The position numbers were made by a program, and so were the translations under genes. Below the pieces are notes generated by a model. The model ran no database searches. It saw only the letters and a list, made by a program, of their open reading frames with translations, and had not been told where the DNA came from. DNA of 64,000 nucleotides, taken from an uncultured bacterium. Its GTDB lineage: Bacteria; Babelota; Babeliae; Babelales; Babelaceae. The stretch is taken from NCBI GenBank assembly GCA_963713855.1, contig OY970209.1, forward strand, positions 704,001 through 768,000, written 5' to 3'. Below, in pieces: positions 63,197-64,000 of this stretch (the stretch's first letter is position 1; each line of letters begins with the position of its first letter).

Positions 63197-64000
63197 CTAT
63201 AACTTACCGAGATCGGAAAGCTCATGAATAGCAGCACGTATTTCCATGGGTAGTTGTGTAAAATGCGTCGGGTTTGGAATTGCGCCTAGTGCTGTCGTTA
63301 TTACTTGAGATTCTTCATTGCCTTCTTGAGCTTCTGGTTGCCCATCAAGGATTATCCTGCTTATCCAGCGCCTGTTTGAAAAAAATCTGAGCGCACGTCT
63401 TATCGTTCGATACCTCTCGTTAGGTCGATGCTTCTCTATTGCAGAGAGTATTTGTATGAGTTCGGTTACATCGAGTTCGATACCGTGTTCCAGAGCGAAT
63501 TGAAGAATGAAGTTAACCATCGGACTATCTCCTCGCATTACTGCAAGATCTAATGCTCTGTTGACTGCATCAGTCCATAGTGAATTATGTTCTTCTACCA
63601 AGGCCCTTTCAGCTAACCACCGAATGTTTTGTAGGCGCAATTTGCGTGCTGCAGCACTTACAAAAGCAGAAGCAAACATTTCTTGGGTAACTGGACAAAT
63701 GCTTTTTTTAAAAATCTCTTCCATCATCTCCACCGTTCCACAAGCTGCAGACAAATCAAACAGTAATGTGCAATGCATTTCATCTAAAAACCATGGGAAA
63801 AACCAGGTAAAATGGGGCATTTTCATTCCGAGAGTTAGAATTGTGGCAAGGTCGCTAGACCAAGAAAATGTGATGTCGATGTCCTCAAGCCGCCGCTCGT
63901 CTGAAGGATTCTCTATTGAGATGCCAAACTTTGGAATCTCAGCTATTGATTTTGGTCCATCTAGAAAACCGTATGAAAGAAGACAGGCTAGCAGTATAAA
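63197..64000 (-). CDS. Fourth ankyrin/F-box-like array member, 5' end outside the window
   Basis: Frame is open to 64000 (FILLACLLSYGFL). Contains PWFLD, VTQEMFASAF and tail FTQLPMEIRAAI. Confidence 0.85.
   Translation of the reverse strand, partial: FILLACLLSYGFLDGPKSIAEIPKFGISIENPSDERRLEDIDITFSWSSDLATILTLGMKMPHFTWFFPWFLDEMHCTLLFDLSAACGTVEMMEEIFKKSICPVTQEMFASAFVSAAARKLRLQNIRWLAERALVEEHNSLWTDAVNRALDLAVMRGDSPMVNFILQFALEHGIELDVTELIQILSAIEKHRPNERYRTIRRALRFFSNRRWISRIILDGQPEAQEGNEESQVITTALGAIPNPTHFTQLPMEIRAAIHELSDLGKL

Overview
AT-rich bacterial chromosome segment using the standard genetic code. Housekeeping genes (PBP1A, murG, dciA, holB, tmk, rsmA, mreB, tRNA-Ser(CGA), ndk, glmU, sbcD) are interleaved with many signal-peptide-bearing paralogous proteins: ankyrin proteins ending in F-box-like motifs, GNATs, a Sel1-repeat protein and beta-propellers. 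By inference this gene content fits a protist-associated intracellular bacterium such as Candidatus Dependentiae (TM6/Babelota). Three candidate polymorphic toxin/immunity pairs are present: signal peptide-Hint-toxin, an internal PD-(D/E)XK nuclease, and an FHA/CdiA-like protein. The most novel signal is a 33-aa ORF missing from the ORF track (27315-27416, minus strand). It carries four WPL repeats, a strong RBS, a structured 3' region and its own terminator, and it is divergent from a 7TM-GAF-degenerate sigma54-AAA-HTH regulator. Other hidden features are a 6S-like ncRNA candidate, a frameshifted membrane anchor of a beta-propeller gene, and a relic of a lost propeller paralog next to the CdiA-like cassette. 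All family assignments come from motifs read by eye; no database searches were run.
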